NCBI GenBank assembly: GCA_045105615.1
Contig: JBGCDS010000009.1
Location: 19,783-83,782, forward strand
DNA length: 64,000 nt
Source: Gammaproteobacteria bacterium
Lineage (GTDB): Bacteria; Pseudomonadota; Gammaproteobacteria; UBA4575
Reading direction: 5' to 3'
Shown here: one piece after another, positions 36,548 to 49,428 of the stretch
How the letters are laid out: each line of letters begins with the position of its first letter
Numbering within the stretch: position 1 is the stretch's first letter
Made by a program: the position numbers and the translations under genes
Notes under the pieces: generated by a model
Told to the model about the DNA's origin: nothing
The model's database searches: none
What the model saw: the letters and a program-made list of their open reading frames with translations, nothing else

Positions 36548-36560
36548 CTAGATTGTCCAG

Positions 36561-38567
36561 ATGAAACTATTTTCAAAGCTACTCTTCTTATTAGTTATAT
36601 TATTTGCTTCGAGCATATCTGCCACAGAAAATTTTCCTAAGCCTGCCGGATTAGACGCCGATGTCAATTTTTGGGTGCGTGTCTATACGGAGATTGATAC
36701 CAGAAGTGGGTTTATTCATGATTCGAGAAATCTCTCGGTGGTTTATTCCGCAATAAGAATTAAAGGTAGCCCACGTGCAAATAAAAAACATATCAAAAAG
36801 GTTAAAGCAAAGTATGTTTCTATCTTAAAGGCCTTAGCAAAAGGTAAGCGAACTAATCTGTCGAATGATGAGCGACAGGTGTTGGCAATGTGGGGAGGTG
36901 AAAATGCTTCTAATAAACGACTTGCTGCAGCGGTAAACGATATTAGATTCCAGCGTGGACAGTCAGATCGATTCCATAGTGGTTTAGAGCGTTCTGGAGA
37001 GTGGCGGGCTTACATCAATCAAACTTTTTTGGATCTTAATATGCCTATTGAGTTGGCTGTATTACCACATGTGGAATCATCGTTTAACCCAAAAGCGTAC
37101 TCTCATGTTGGTGCCGCAGGGTTGTGGCAGTTTATTCGTGCGACGGGTAAACGTTATATGCAAATTGATTACTTGATTGACCAACGAATGGATCCATTTG
37201 CTTCAACTAAAGCAGCGGCAAAGTTACTTGGACATAACTATCAGTTAACAAAAAGTTGGCCATTAGCTTTGACTGCGTATAACCATGGTGTTTCAAGTAT
37301 GCGTCGAGCAATTAATAAGCTTGGCACGAGAGATATTGAAATTATTGTTAGAAATTATAAAGGTCGCTCGTTTGGCTTTGCATCTCGAAATTTCTATGTT
37401 GCATTTCTTGCCGCATTAGAAGTGGACAGTCATCCACAAAAATATTTTGGGGCGATAAACTATGCTAAACCCATTGAATACGAAACTGTGAAAATGCGCA
37501 GCTATGTCTACGCCAAAGATCTTGCTAAGTACTTGAAGGTAAGTAAATCGCAATTAGAAAGACATAATAGGGCGTTGAGAGCAACTATCTGGAGTGATAC
37601 AAAGCGTATTCCTAAAAATTATCCATTGCGAATTCCTAAGTTATTGTTGGATCAATCAGCTGAAAAATTAATTGCAAATATCCCACTTGAGCATCAGTAC
37701 AAAGTGCAAACGGCAGATTTATTTCACCATGTGGTGCGTGGAGATACTATTTCAGAAATTGCAAAACAGTATGGTTTTAGTATCAATGAAGTGATGGCGG
37801 CAAATGGATTGAGTAGTGGTCACTTTATCCGTGCTGGGCAGAAGCTTCGTTTGCCAGTTAAAGATAAGTCTGGTGCTATAGTGGTTGCGAAAACACAAAT
37901 CAAGCAACTGCCTGTGTCGGATCAAGCTATACCTAAAGTGATTGTTGCTGATATTGAAAAACAAAAACCGCCTGCGGTGACCAAAGCAGAAAAAACTGCA
38001 ACTATCAAGCAAGATCAATTGTTGCTACCTGTGCCTGCCGATGAAGAATTGGTGGAGCTAGATGTTAGTGTTGTTGCTGAAGCAGATACTGATGTCGTGG
38101 AAGAAGTCTCATTGCTATCCGATCCAGCTGATTACACGGTTGATGATGATTTAACTATTGAAGTTCAAGCGTCTGAGACATTGGGTCACTATGCAGATTG
38201 GTTAGACTTAAGAGCTAGCCGGCTGCGTGAGATTAATCAGCTAAAATTTGGTAAGCCAGTGGTGGTCGGTAATCGAGTGCTGTTAGACTTTGGTGTGATA
38301 TCTATTAAGCAGTTTGAAACTAGGCGTGTTGCCTTCCAAAAGAATTTGCAAGAAGATTTTTTCGCTCAATATCGTATTGAATCGACTTATCAGCATACGA
38401 TTAAAGAGGGTGAATCATTATGGGTGCTCGCACTACGTAAGTTTAAGGTGCCTACATGGCTGCTTCGTCAGCATAATCCTGATGTTGATTTCAATCGTAT
38501 TCGTGCAGGAGTAGTCATCATTGTGCCTAAGCTAGTTGAAGTTGAGCGCGCTTTAAATACTCCTTAA
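36561..38567 (+). CDS. Lytic murein transglycosylase (MltD-like SLT domain + LysM domains)
   Basis: LPHVESSF, AAGLWQF and AYNHG motifs; LysM HHVVRGDTISEIA and HTIKEGESLW. Confidence 0.9.
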   Translation: MKLFSKLLFLLVILFASSISATENFPKPAGLDADVNFWVRVYTEIDTRSGFIHDSRNLSVVYSAIRIKGSPRANKKHIKKVKAKYVSILKALAKGKRTNLSNDERQVLAMWGGENASNKRLAAAVNDIRFQRGQSDRFHSGLERSGEWRAYINQTFLDLNMPIELAVLPHVESSFNPKAYSHVGAAGLWQFIRATGKRYMQIDYLIDQRMDPFASTKAAAKLLGHNYQLTKSWPLALTAYNHGVSSMRRAINKLGTRDIEIIVRNYKGRSFGFASRNFYVAFLAALEVDSHPQKYFGAINYAKPIEYETVKMRSYVYAKDLAKYLKVSKSQLERHNRALRATIWSDTKRIPKNYPLRIPKLLLDQSAEKLIANIPLEHQYKVQTADLFHHVVRGDTISEIAKQYGFSINEVMAANGLSSGHFIRAGQKLRLPVKDKSGAIVVAKTQIKQLPVSDQAIPKVIVADIEKQKPPAVTKAEKTATIKQDQLLLPVPADEELVELDVSVVAEADTDVVEEVSLLSDPADYTVDDDLTIEVQASETLGHYADWLDLRASRLREINQLKFGKPVVVGNRVLLDFGVISIKQFETRRVAFQKNLQEDFFAQYRIESTYQHTIKEGESLWVLALRKFKVPTWLLRQHNPDVDFNRIRAGVVIIVPKLVEVERALNTP

Positions 38568-38725
38568 AAGGCCAGTTAGTGTCATTTACAGCGAATAAAC
38601 GGTATAAAAATACTGATGATGGGTCATATTCTTGACCTATCCCTCAATCTGCCAAGTGATTCTTGTTCATACTGTGTTCATAGTAAACCAACACAAGTAT
38701 TAATCACGGCTCAATAAATAGCATT

Positions 38726-38992
38726 ATGAAATATATTCTTGCCACTATCGCTGGTCTTCTTTTGTGCACGCAAGCAATAGCTTGGCAGGGCTATAATTTG
38801 GATACAGGAACTATCATCCTGGTTAATACCGAAGGAAGAAATGACATCACAATGGGCAATGTTGTGTATTTTGATTATGACACTGGGCTAGAGAAAATCG
38901 GTTATCTGAATATGTATGAACATAACGTGGGCTTGATCGTTGATCTGGATTCAGGTGAGTTAATGCGTGTAAAAATGGAACAACGCAAATAG
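38726..38992 (+). CDS. Small secreted protein (DUF5334-like)
   Basis: Signal peptide ending AIA, then W.GY..DTG and FDYDTG patterns. Confidence 0.6.
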   Translation: MKYILATIAGLLLCTQAIAWQGYNLDTGTIILVNTEGRNDITMGNVVYFDYDTGLEKIGYLNMYEHNVGLIVDLDSGELMRVKMEQRK

Positions 38993-39029
38993 ATTTATAT
39001 AATAATAAAGTACTCGAGAAGCTACATTT

Positions 39030-39065
39030 AAGCCACTGATATATAAATAAATCAGTGGCTTTTTT
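39030..39065. terminator. Rho-independent terminator between convergent genes
   Basis: aagccactgat-N10-atcagtggctttttt. Confidence 0.8.
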
Positions 39066-39069
39066 ATGT

Positions 39070-41007
39070 CTAGGTATTTAATCGTTTTGCAATAATATCT
39101 TCAACGACTGATGGATCGGCAAGAGTTGAGGTATCGCCAAGTTCTGTGATTTCATTGGCTGCGACCTTTCGTAAAATACGTCGCATAATTTTTCCTGATC
39201 GGGTTTTGGGTAATCCTGGTGCCCACTGAATAAAGTCTGGCTTAGCAAATGGCCCAATTTCTTTTCTGACTAATTCTACTAAGATTTGTTTTAAGTCATC
39301 ACTTGGTTCTACTCCTGCCATGGTGGTGACATAGCAGTATATGGCTTGACCTTTTATGTCGTGAGAGCATCCAACGACAGCCGCTTCTGCGACTGATTCA
39401 TGCAGCACTAATGCGCTTTCGATTTCAGCCGTACCTAAGCGGTGGCCTGATATGTTCAATACATCATCGACGCGTCCAGTAATCCAGTAATAGCCATCCT
39501 TATCACGTCGACAACCATCCCCGCTAAAATAATACCCTGGGAATTGTGAGAAATAGGTATCGATGAATCGTTTATGGTCGCCGTATACAGATCTCATTTG
39601 CCCTGGCCACGGAAATTTCATAGCTAAATTGCCTTGGCATTCTCCGCTTAGCTCATTTCCTTCGTCATCAAGAATGACGGGTTGTACGCCAAAGAAAGGT
39701 AATGCTGCAGAGCCTGGTTTAAGTCCTGTTGCTCCCGGTATTGGAGTAATGAGGTGGCCGCCGGTTTCAGTTTGCCACCAGGTATCAACAATTGGGCAGT
39801 TGCCGTTACCGACTTTATGGTAGTACCACTCCCATGCTTCTGGGTTGATTGGTTCTCCGACTGTGCCGAGGAGCCGTAAGCTACTGCGTTTTGTTTTTTC
39901 TACAAATTCATCGCCCAGTGCCATGAGTGCACGAATTGCAGTGGGTGCCGTATAAAAAGTTTTTACTTGATGCTTGTCGATGACTTGCCAGAAGCGACTT
40001 CCATCTGGGTAATTTGGCACACCCTCAAACATAAGAGTTTGTGCGCCATTGCATAATGGTCCGTACAGAATGTAGGTATGGCCTGTCACCCAGCCGACAT
40101 CCGCACTACACCAATAGACTTCATTGTCTTGATAATCGAATACATATTTATGCGTGATCGCGGCATAGAGTAGGTAGCCCCCGGTGGTATGAAGAACACC
40201 TTTAGGTTTGCCAGTAGAGCCAGACGTATAAAGAATAAATAAGGGGTCTTCTGCGCTCATTGGTTCTGGGACACATTCACTACTTTCAGCAGCAGTCATT
40301 TCGTGATACCAGCAATCTCTATCTTTGCTCCATGAGATTTCGTTACCGGTACGTTTAACCACGACAACAGTGTTAACGTTAGGGCATTCTTGTAATGCTT
40401 GATCAGTATTTGCTTTTAGAGGAATAGTTTTACCACCACGTACACCTTGGTCTGCGGTAATAACAACACGGCAATCTGAGTCTAATATTCTATCGCGAAG
40501 TGCATCTGGAGAGAATCCACCAAACACCACAGAATGCACTGCACCTATGCGCGTACATGCGAGCATGGCAATAGCAGCTTCAGGAACCATCGGCATATAA
40601 ATACAAATGCGATCGCCTTTTTTTACACCACGAGACTTTAATGCATTGGAGAATTTACATACTTCTGTGTGCAACTCTGCGTAAGTAATGTGTTTATCAT
40701 CTTTAGGGTCATCACCTTCCCAAATGATAGCGGTTTGGTTTGCACGTGTTTCTAGATGCCGGTCAATGCAATTATGTGACACGTTAAGTGTGGCACCTTC
40801 AAACCAACGAATATGTCCTTGCTGATAATCCCAATCTAATACCTTATCCCATTTTGTGAACCAGCTAACAAACTCATCTGCTTGTGAAGCCCAAAAACTT
40901 TCTGGATCAGAAACAGACTGCTGGTACATGGATTGATATTGACTTGAGTCAATATGTGCCGAAGAGCTAAAAGAAGGGTTAACCGGATATAGTTTATCTT
41001 CAGGCAT
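39070..41007 (-). CDS. acs: Acetyl-CoA synthetase
   Basis: [25 protein letters not shown] and [11 protein letters not shown] motifs. Confidence 0.97.
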   Translation of the reverse strand: MPEDKLYPVNPSFSSSAHIDSSQYQSMYQQSVSDPESFWASQADEFVSWFTKWDKVLDWDYQQGHIRWFEGATLNVSHNCIDRHLETRANQTAIIWEGDDPKDDKHITYAELHTEVCKFSNALKSRGVKKGDRICIYMPMVPEAAIAMLACTRIGAVHSVVFGGFSPDALRDRILDSDCRVVITADQGVRGGKTIPLKANTDQALQECPNVNTVVVVKRTGNEISWSKDRDCWYHEMTAAESSECVPEPMSAEDPLFILYTSGSTGKPKGVLHTTGGYLLYAAITHKYVFDYQDNEVYWCSADVGWVTGHTYILYGPLCNGAQTLMFEGVPNYPDGSRFWQVIDKHQVKTFYTAPTAIRALMALGDEFVEKTKRSSLRLLGTVGEPINPEAWEWYYHKVGNGNCPIVDTWWQTETGGHLITPIPGATGLKPGSAALPFFGVQPVILDDEGNELSGECQGNLAMKFPWPGQMRSVYGDHKRFIDTYFSQFPGYYFSGDGCRRDKDGYYWITGRVDDVLNISGHRLGTAEIESALVLHESVAEAAVVGCSHDIKGQAIYCYVTTMAGVEPSDDLKQILVELVRKEIGPFAKPDFIQWAPGLPKTRSGKIMRRILRKVAANEITELGDTSTLADPSVVEDIIAKRLNT

Positions 41008-41277
41008 GATTCTATTTCTCCACGTGTTTTCTAACGTATTGCATGATTGTGATTACATTAGCGAATATACTTAAAATAGTCACAAATTTTTTTATCTCGG
41101 TCATAGAATACTGGTTTTATTATGAATAATATCTGTAATGTTATCACCGCGCAGCATCTATTATCTAGGAAATCACACTAGCAGAATTGAAGCTAATGCT
41201 GCCCACAAAAAGTATATTATTCTTGTCTGTTGTGCTCAGAAATTTGAATTTGGTTTATTTCTTCAGAAAAGATGATT

Positions 41278-41745
41278 TTATAAGCTTTTCACCGCGATAA
41301 GAACTTCTTCCACGTGGCCATCAACTTTAACTTTGCGCCATTCTTGTCTCAATACACCTTTATCGTCAATGAGAAAAGTGCTTCTTTCTATCCCCATGAC
41401 TTTTTTACCATACATATTTTTTTCTTTTATTACATCAAACTGCTGGCATAATTTTTCTTCACTATCAGATAGTAAGTCAAAACTAAAATCTAATTTTGAT
41501 TTAAAATTCTCATGTGATTTTATGCTATCTCTAGATACGCCTAGTATGATGGTATTTAGCCGGGTGAATTTCTTCATTGCGTCTCGAAATCCTTCGGACT
41601 CTTTTGTGCAGCCAGGTGTGTTATCTTTTGGATAGAAATAAACAACGATATTATTTCCTTTAAGTTCATTCAGGCTGATTATTTTGCCACCAGTAGAGGG
41701 TAGTTTGAAATTTTTCACTTTGTTTCCGATTTTTAGTTTAGTCAA
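41278..41745 (-). CDS. bcp: Peroxiredoxin, BCP/PrxQ family
   Basis: YFYPKDNTPGCT and RSTFLID motifs. Confidence 0.92.
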   Translation of the reverse strand: MTKLKIGNKVKNFKLPSTGGKIISLNELKGNNIVVYFYPKDNTPGCTKESEGFRDAMKKFTRLNTIILGVSRDSIKSHENFKSKLDFSFDLLSDSEEKLCQQFDVIKEKNMYGKKVMGIERSTFLIDDKGVLRQEWRKVKVDGHVEEVLIAVKSL

Positions 41746-41832
41746 AGTAGGGTTGCTCCTGCATTTAGTAGGTGGGTATTGAAGGTCAAATCGTTGTGTC
41801 TAATGCTGAATTTTATATAAGTATATTAAGTA

Positions 41833-42831
41833 ATGAAGTTGCATAAAAGTATAATAATTTTTGTTTTTCTAGTTTGTGGTTGTTCAGCGCCTATTAAGAA
41901 CTATACAAATAGTCTGTACGTTAATAGCACTAGCTATAAATTTATTGATGAATTACTCAAGCCAGATAATGAACAGGATAGTTCTGTTGAGCTGCTCGTT
42001 TGGGTTAGTCTTCCTGATCCGGTTAAATTTCAAGCGCCTTATCCTGCTGTAGTTCTGTTGCATAGTTCATGGGGGCTTAGTTCACAAGAAAGTTTTTATT
42101 CTAAGGTGTTTGCAGATATGGGAATCGCCGTATATGTGATTGATAGCTTTTCGCCGCGAGGAGTAGGGAAAACATCCTTAGATCAATCATTAGTTTCGAG
42201 TGCCTCAATGATTCAAGATGCATATCAAGTGCTAAATTATTTACAAAATTTGCCAGAAATAAATAATAAGAAAATTGCTGTAATGGGGTTTTCTAAGGGT
42301 GGTATTGCTGCATTTTATTCTGCATTTGACGAGATAAAAAGTGCAGTGAGTGAAAATAAAGACGCAATGTTTGCCGCACATGTTGCGTACTATCCTTGGT
42401 GTGGCATACGATTACAAAATATGAAAACTACATCTAAGCCAATTTTGATACAAGGAGGAGGTAAAGACACAATCACTCCTGTGGAAAAATGTGTTCAATT
42501 GGCCGAGGAAGAGCTAAGTGTTGAAGAGAAATATTTTGTTGCTATTAAAACGCATATTAATGCAAGACATGCGTTTGATCATCCTTTGTTGTCTAAAATT
42601 CCAATTCCCATCTCTTTAAATGCGCAGGTGCCAGGTTTGTGTGAAATCCAACAAAATGAAAATGGCAGTTTCATTGAAACGTATAAAGAGATTGAAGTAA
42701 CAAGTAGAAATATTAAAACTGTGCTAGAAAACTGCAGTACTTTTAATGGAGTGGCTGGTTATAATGATGATGCGTCTCAAGCAGCGCTTATTATTACGCA
42801 ACAGTTTCTTAGTCGGTATCTTTTGCAATAG
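41833..42831 (+). CDS. Dienelactone-hydrolase-family alpha/beta hydrolase, probably a lipoprotein
   Basis: VCGC lipobox-like sequence; GFSKGG nucleophile elbow; D (KDTITP) and H (RHAFD). Confidence 0.8.
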   Translation: MKLHKSIIIFVFLVCGCSAPIKNYTNSLYVNSTSYKFIDELLKPDNEQDSSVELLVWVSLPDPVKFQAPYPAVVLLHSSWGLSSQESFYSKVFADMGIAVYVIDSFSPRGVGKTSLDQSLVSSASMIQDAYQVLNYLQNLPEINNKKIAVMGFSKGGIAAFYSAFDEIKSAVSENKDAMFAAHVAYYPWCGIRLQNMKTTSKPILIQGGGKDTITPVEKCVQLAEEELSVEEKYFVAIKTHINARHAFDHPLLSKIPIPISLNAQVPGLCEIQQNENGSFIETYKEIEVTSRNIKTVLENCSTFNGVAGYNDDASQAALIITQQFLSRYLLQ

Positions 42832-42834
42832 GTC

Positions 42835-43476
42835 ATGAATAATTTTGGAAATCAGGCGATAATTTTTACTTTGCTCATTTCTTTCTGTTCATTTTCTTCG
42901 GCTCAGAATCCACAAAATGCTCGGAAGCACATTGAAAGTGTTGCAATGGATGAAATTGATTTTTCTCTAGAAAAAATTTCAGTTTGTTCTCAATACGGGT
43001 GCCAAAAAATTGCTGAAGTGTCAATTGATGACATGACTTGGGCAAAAATAACTGAGAGATTTGAAATAGCTGTCATGACTCCTGTGAATGAAAGGATATT
43101 ATTAGCTGAATATATTGCTGATATTGAGCAATATATTGGAAGAAAAACTAATACCAGATTTGATGTTGGTGGGACCTTTAACGTATACCTAAAATCAAGT
43201 TATGCGAAGAGCGATCAGATGGATTGTATTGATGAATCTACAAATACACTAAGTTATCTAAAGCTTCTTAAAATTAAAGATAAATTAAAATCCCATGTAA
43301 TTGTTGGGTTAGTGACTCGTGGTGGGTTGCTAGCGGGATATCCGCATACCGCAGTATTATTAATGGATGTTACTAATAATGAGAAATATGTGGTTGATTC
43401 ATGGTTTTTTAATAATGGCAGACCTGCCGTAGTGCTTCCATACAACACTTGGAAGATTGGATGGAAGCCCGATTAA
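42835..43476 (+). CDS. Exported hypothetical protein with a putative Cys-His-Asp (transglutaminase/papain-like) triad
   Basis: Signal peptide; CSQYGC, QMDCIDESTN, PHTAV and VVDSWF motifs. Confidence 0.65.
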   Translation: MNNFGNQAIIFTLLISFCSFSSAQNPQNARKHIESVAMDEIDFSLEKISVCSQYGCQKIAEVSIDDMTWAKITERFEIAVMTPVNERILLAEYIADIEQYIGRKTNTRFDVGGTFNVYLKSSYAKSDQMDCIDESTNTLSYLKLLKIKDKLKSHVIVGLVTRGGLLAGYPHTAVLLMDVTNNEKYVVDSWFFNNGRPAVVLPYNTWKIGWKPD

Positions 43477-43862
43477 GGGATTTTTGCAAGAGTATCACGA
43501 AGTATATAAGATAATTCAGGGTCGAATAAGATGCGTCTCCTTTCATCCATGACTTGAGTAACATTTCCACAGTGGTAACGATTTTGCTGAAATTTTTTAA
43601 TGAATAATTTTTTTTCTTTAGATGACAATGCGTTGAACTGATCAGCGCCAGACTGATGGTTCTGATTTAGGTATTGGATTTCATCTTCGATAGCTTGTTT
43701 GTATAGTAAAGCACTGTCTTTATCTTTTACTTTCAATAATAAGGTGCGCAGACCTTTATATTCTTCAGCAAAGCTTTTATCGGCGTCTAGAAAAGAGGAT
43801 GCAAATAAGTTTGATATGCTTGCGAGGCATATAAGTAAAATACAAAATAAAGATGTTTTCAT
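43473..43862 (-). CDS. Hypothetical secreted protein
   Basis: Signal-peptide-like MKTSLFCILLICLASISNLFA from ATG 43862. Confidence 0.55.
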   Translation of the reverse strand: MKTSLFCILLICLASISNLFASSFLDADKSFAEEYKGLRTLLLKVKDKDSALLYKQAIEDEIQYLNQNHQSGADQFNALSSKEKKLFIKKFQQNRYHCGNVTQVMDERRRILFDPELSYILRDTLAKIP

Positions 43863-43954
43863 GGCTGATCTAGCGATTATTACTGGATAATAATAAGTTA
43901 GTGTAGATTGTGTCTTCAAAGGTTCAAATTATTAATAATAAATTTTGTATAGGT

Positions 43955-44695
43955 TTAGGGCTGGTTAAGCCAGTGATAGATATCTATATTTGCAGATTGC
44001 CATGCCGTACTAGCGCATGATTGGGATGTAAATATCGGCAACAGCGATAAGTACCTGTCACGAGTTATCTCGCTGCCACCCAGAGACTTTAAATGGGCTG
44101 AGGGTAATTGTGTGTCAATGATATTGTAGCCCCATGAATCCAAATATGCAGATAAATAAAGTAACGCAACTTTGGAAGCGTTGTTGACTCTGCTAAACAT
44201 TGATTCTCCAAAAAAGATTGTTCCAATCGAAATTCCATAGACACCGCCAATCAATTCTCCAGCTTCATCACATACTTCTAATGAATGCGCATGATTTAAT
44301 CGATGTAAATTCACATAGGCTTCAACCATGTCGTCAGTTATCCAGGTGCCGCGAGAATTATTGCGCGGCTCTGCACAGGCTTTCATGACTTCTAAAAATG
44401 ATTGGTCATAAGAGATTTGCCAACGATTTTTTTTGATGGTGCGTAATAGGCTTTTATGTGCAATAAAGTCTTTGGGATATAGAACGCCGCGTGGATTGGG
44501 TGACCACCACAATATCGGTTGATCTTCCTCATACCATGGGAATAAGCCTTCATGGTAAGCGCGTAATATTCTATCGGGTTTTAAATCACCGCCAGCGGCA
44601 ACGAGGCCTTCTGGGTCTTTTAATGCAGATTCAGCGGGCGGGAAGGGAGATTCAGAATTGTTAGAGTCTAGCCAGGGTAAGTTTATTTCACTCAT
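43955..44695 (-). CDS. aat: Leucyl/phenylalanyl-tRNA-protein transferase
   Basis: GLVAAGGDL, AY..G.FPW, WWSP.PR, TWI, F.GESMFS and ASKVAL motifs. Confidence 0.95.
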   Translation of the reverse strand: MSEINLPWLDSNNSESPFPPAESALKDPEGLVAAGGDLKPDRILRAYHEGLFPWYEEDQPILWWSPNPRGVLYPKDFIAHKSLLRTIKKNRWQISYDQSFLEVMKACAEPRNNSRGTWITDDMVEAYVNLHRLNHAHSLEVCDEAGELIGGVYGISIGTIFFGESMFSRVNNASKVALLYLSAYLDSWGYNIIDTQLPSAHLKSLGGSEITRDRYLSLLPIFTSQSCASTAWQSANIDIYHWLNQP

Positions 44696-45843
44696 GTTTC
44701 TAACCGATAAGGAGATAGACTTAACAGCTCTTTACACTGTTCGCGCATCGCTTCTTGCTCGCGTTGGCAGAAGGTATAGATTGGCTGTTGGAAATCAGAA
44801 TTATTTATCCAGTGAGCTGACCATGTTTTAGTTGGTAAAAAACCTCGGGTAATTTTATGTTCGCCTTGAGCGCCAGGCTCAAACTTCAGCAATTTGTGAT
44901 CAATGCAATATTCAATGCCCTGATAAAAACAAGTTTCAAAATGCAGGCTGTTAAACTCTTCTTTACAACCCCAAAAGCGTCCATATAAAGTATCGTCTCC
45001 GCGCAATGTGATGGCGCAGGCAACAGTTTCGTTTTCTAATAAAGCAAACATAAACACCACTTGATGTCCCATGGTGTGACAGATCTCTTTAAAGAAATTG
45101 ACATTTAATGTCGGCACTCCCGATTTTCTATCAAATGTATCTTGATAAAATTGCTGGGCTATTTCTATCTGTTGTTCGTTAGCTTCATTTCCATGGACAA
45201 TATCAATAACAATGTTTTGTTCTTTTACCATGCGTCGCTCACGTTTTACTTTTTTGCGTTTACGCGAAACAAAGGTAGATAAGAAATCATCAAAGTTTGT
45301 GTAATCTTGATTTTTCCAATGATACTGGCAACCTAGGCGTAATTGTAAGTCATTATGACTACAAATTTGAGTGTCTTCGACAGAGGTGAATAACCAATGC
45401 ATGCCACTCATGTCTAATTTTTTGGCGACGTTGATAATTTGCCTCACCATCATCGATTTGATGTTGGAGTCATTCGCCAATAGGCGTGCACCAGTGACAG
45501 GATTGTATGGAATTGAACACACCATTTTTGGATAATACTTCAGGCCTGCCTGTTCGTAAGCTGATGCCCATGACCAGTCGAAGACAAACTCCCCATAAGA
45601 ATTTGTCTTAATATATAAAGGGCATAGACCGACCAACTGCTTGTTATTATCTCGAACAGAAAGATGATAAGGAAACCAGCCAAACTGCTCTCCCACACAC
45701 TGATGACTTTCTAACGCAGCTAAAAATTCATAGCGAATGAATGGGTCAGATGTACCAGAGAGGTCATTCCATTCCTGTGCAGAAATTTCAGATATAGAAG
45801 TGTGGAAGCAAAGCTCTAGTGCTTCACTATTTTCTTCACTCAT
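44692..45843 (-). CDS. GNAT/FemAB-like protein (DUF482 family)
   Basis: SYGEFVFDW.WA, YYPK, LYGR.WG, LHFE.C.YQ and GAQGEHK..RGF motifs. Confidence 0.9.
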   Translation of the reverse strand: MSEENSEALELCFHTSISEISAQEWNDLSGTSDPFIRYEFLAALESHQCVGEQFGWFPYHLSVRDNNKQLVGLCPLYIKTNSYGEFVFDWSWASAYEQAGLKYYPKMVCSIPYNPVTGARLLANDSNIKSMMVRQIINVAKKLDMSGMHWLFTSVEDTQICSHNDLQLRLGCQYHWKNQDYTNFDDFLSTFVSRKRKKVKRERRMVKEQNIVIDIVHGNEANEQQIEIAQQFYQDTFDRKSGVPTLNVNFFKEICHTMGHQVVFMFALLENETVACAITLRGDDTLYGRFWGCKEEFNSLHFETCFYQGIEYCIDHKLLKFEPGAQGEHKITRGFLPTKTWSAHWINNSDFQQPIYTFCQREQEAMREQCKELLSLSPYRLET

Positions 45844-45876
45844 GTGGCACGAAAGACTTAAGCGAACTTATTTGGT

Positions 45877-46911
<1,035 letters not shown>

Positions 46912-47055
46912 TTAAAGTGGGGGCAAATATTAGTGAAACCAAATTATTTTCATAAAAGCCGGCTATATTTACTGAATTGCTTTAAATTTGTACTTGACAA
47001 GAAAGAATAAAAAATCAATGATTTAGCTACTATTGTTGACCTATATACTTAGAAA

Positions 47056-49380
47056 GTGGCCCAAGCAACCGTAAAAAGAGCAAAACGCACGTCAGAGTAC
47101 CGACTGAATCTAACTCACGGCCTTCGTGAAAGCGCCTTGGTAGTGCTAGTAGCGGTGGGTGTTTACTTATTGATGGCACTAGTCAGCTTCGATCGTACCG
47201 ATCCAGGTTGGTCTGTGAGTGGTTCTGGTGGAGATATCGCGAATATGGGTGGGTCAGCCGGCGCATTTTTTGCTGATTTATTCTTATTCTTGTTTGGTTA
47301 TTTAGCTTACCTAGCCCCATTGATGGTGGCCTATAGCGGATGGCTGTTATATCGCGAGGTCAACGAAAAAGGTCAAGCGGATTATCATATTTTAGGCATA
47401 CGTTGGGGTGGGTTCATTCTTACGTTGATTGCGGGCTGCGGCTTGTCGTCTTTACATTTTGATCAAGGTTTTCTTCCTTCAGATGCCGGTGGTGTTCTAG
47501 GTAACTTAGTCGCTAGCGCATTTGTATTAGCATTTAGTTACGTGGGTACTACGTTATTACTGTTAGCGTTGTTCTTTGCTGGCATTACTATATTCACCAG
47601 TCTGTCCTGGTTAAAAGTGATTGATAGTACTGGCAAGATCACGGTGCTCGCTTATGAGTACTTATATCGTCAAGTAAACATTTTGATAGAGACATATCAG
47701 GCGCGTCGTGCGAACCCAGATGTTGATGAACTGTTACGTCCAGTTAAGAAAAAGATTACAGAAGTTAAGATTAATAAGCCACGCAGAAAGCCACGTATTG
47801 AACCGACGATAGGGCAAGCACCGGTTAGTCAGCGTGTTCAAAGAGAGAAACAGATTCCATTATTTGAAGGCAAGTCTTCAGGCGAATTACCGCCATTAGC
47901 CATGCTAGACCCTGCGCAAGAACAAACCACAGGTTATTCAGATAAAGCATTAGAAGCATTATCCCGCCAAGTTGAGTTGAAGTTATTGGACTTCGGTATT
48001 GAAGCAGAAGTGAGTGATGTGCATCCGGGACCAATCGTGACGCGTTTTGAATTGCTGCTTGCTCCAGGATTGAAAGTTAGCAAAGTGACCGCGTTAGCAA
48101 AAGATCTTGCACGAGCCTTATCTGTCGTCAGCGTGCGTATTGTTGAAGTGATTCCAGGAAAACCTTCGGTAGGATTAGAAATTCCTAACGAACAAAGAGA
48201 AATGATTAGCCTTAGTGAGATTTTGCAATCGAGTGAGTACGATGAAGCACAGTCTCCATTAACATTAGGCTTAGGTAAAGATATTAGTGGCAATCCTATT
48301 GTCGTGAATTTAGCTGCAATGCCACACCTATTAGTTGCGGGCACTACAGGTTCAGGTAAATCTGTTGGTGTTAACGCCATGTTGTTAAGTCTTTTATATA
48401 AAGCTTCTCCCGCTGATGTTCGCATGATCTTGATCGATCCTAAAATGCTAGAGTTAAGTGTTTATGAGGGTATTCCACATCTGTTAACACCTGTTGTTAC
48501 AGACATGAAAGAAGCATCTAACGCATTGCGTTGGTGTGTTGCTGAGATGGAACGTCGTTATAAGCTTATGTCGGCTTTGGGTGTACGAAATCTTGCGGGC
48601 TATAACACTAAAGTTGAAGAGGCTATGAGTAATGGTGAGCCGATTTTAGATCCTTTATTTGATCCTAAAGATCAGCTGTCAGAAAATGTCACCGCAGATG
48701 AGTTAGGTAAATTACCAGTGATTGTCATTGTGGTTGATGAGTTTGCTGACATGATGATGGTCGTGGGCAAGAAAGTAGAAGAATTAATTGCACGTTTAGC
48801 GCAAAAAGCTCGAGCGGCAGGCATTCATTTGATTCTTGCTACTCAGCGTCCATCGGTAGATGTGATTACTGGATTGATTAAAGCGAATATTCCAACGCGT
48901 ATAGCATTCCAGGTATCTTCAAAAGTAGATTCAAGAACTATCTTAGATCAGATGGGTGCAGAACAGTTATTGGGTCATGGTGATATGTTGTATTTGCCGC
49001 CAGGGACTTCTATCCCAGAACGTGTGCATGGTGCATTTGTTTCTGATCAAGAAGTGCATAAAGTCTGCGATTATCTGCGCGAAAAAAGCGAACCAAATTA
49101 TCTAGAAGAAATTATTCAAGATCCGAGTGCGGGTGCAGATGCTATTCCAGGGTTAGAACCACTTAATAGTGGGGATGACGACTATGATCCACTCTATGAT
49201 CAAGCGGTAGCCATTGTGACCGAAACGCGTAAAGCTTCAATTTCTTATGTGCAAAGACGTTTAAAGGTTGGCTACAACCGGGCAGCACGTATGATTGAAG
49301 AGATGGAAAACAGCGGGGTAGTCTCTCAGGTTCAATCAAATGGCTCGCGAGAAGTATTAGCGCCACCTGCGCCGAACTAA
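47056..49380 (+). CDS. ftsK: DNA translocase FtsK
   Basis: N-terminal TMs; [13 protein letters not shown] and ATQRPS motifs; gamma domain [13 protein letters not shown]. Confidence 0.97.
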   Translation: MAQATVKRAKRTSEYRLNLTHGLRESALVVLVAVGVYLLMALVSFDRTDPGWSVSGSGGDIANMGGSAGAFFADLFLFLFGYLAYLAPLMVAYSGWLLYREVNEKGQADYHILGIRWGGFILTLIAGCGLSSLHFDQGFLPSDAGGVLGNLVASAFVLAFSYVGTTLLLLALFFAGITIFTSLSWLKVIDSTGKITVLAYEYLYRQVNILIETYQARRANPDVDELLRPVKKKITEVKINKPRRKPRIEPTIGQAPVSQRVQREKQIPLFEGKSSGELPPLAMLDPAQEQTTGYSDKALEALSRQVELKLLDFGIEAEVSDVHPGPIVTRFELLLAPGLKVSKVTALAKDLARALSVVSVRIVEVIPGKPSVGLEIPNEQREMISLSEILQSSEYDEAQSPLTLGLGKDISGNPIVVNLAAMPHLLVAGTTGSGKSVGVNAMLLSLLYKASPADVRMILIDPKMLELSVYEGIPHLLTPVVTDMKEASNALRWCVAEMERRYKLMSALGVRNLAGYNTKVEEAMSNGEPILDPLFDPKDQLSENVTADELGKLPVIVIVVDEFADMMMVVGKKVEELIARLAQKARAAGIHLILATQRPSVDVITGLIKANIPTRIAFQVSSKVDSRTILDQMGAEQLLGHGDMLYLPPGTSIPERVHGAFVSDQEVHKVCDYLREKSEPNYLEEIIQDPSAGADAIPGLEPLNSGDDDYDPLYDQAVAIVTETRKASISYVQRRLKVGYNRAARMIEEMENSGVVSQVQSNGSREVLAPPAPN

Positions 49381-49428
49381 ATAGTGCTATAACGCTCTAA
49401 ATTAAACACTTTCCTTTGGTTAAATCTT

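Noticed and set aside
16000-36600. Accessory block as a mobile genomic island or prophage
   Set aside because: No integrase, transposase, phage gene, tRNA target or direct repeat was recognised, and housekeeping-type hinT lies inside it.
47934-48425. Long antisense and alternative-frame ORFs (also 129-341, 11485-11859, 25557-26235, 33266-33667, 54891-55196 and others)
   Set aside because: They are shadows of well-supported genes, with no motifs or RBS.
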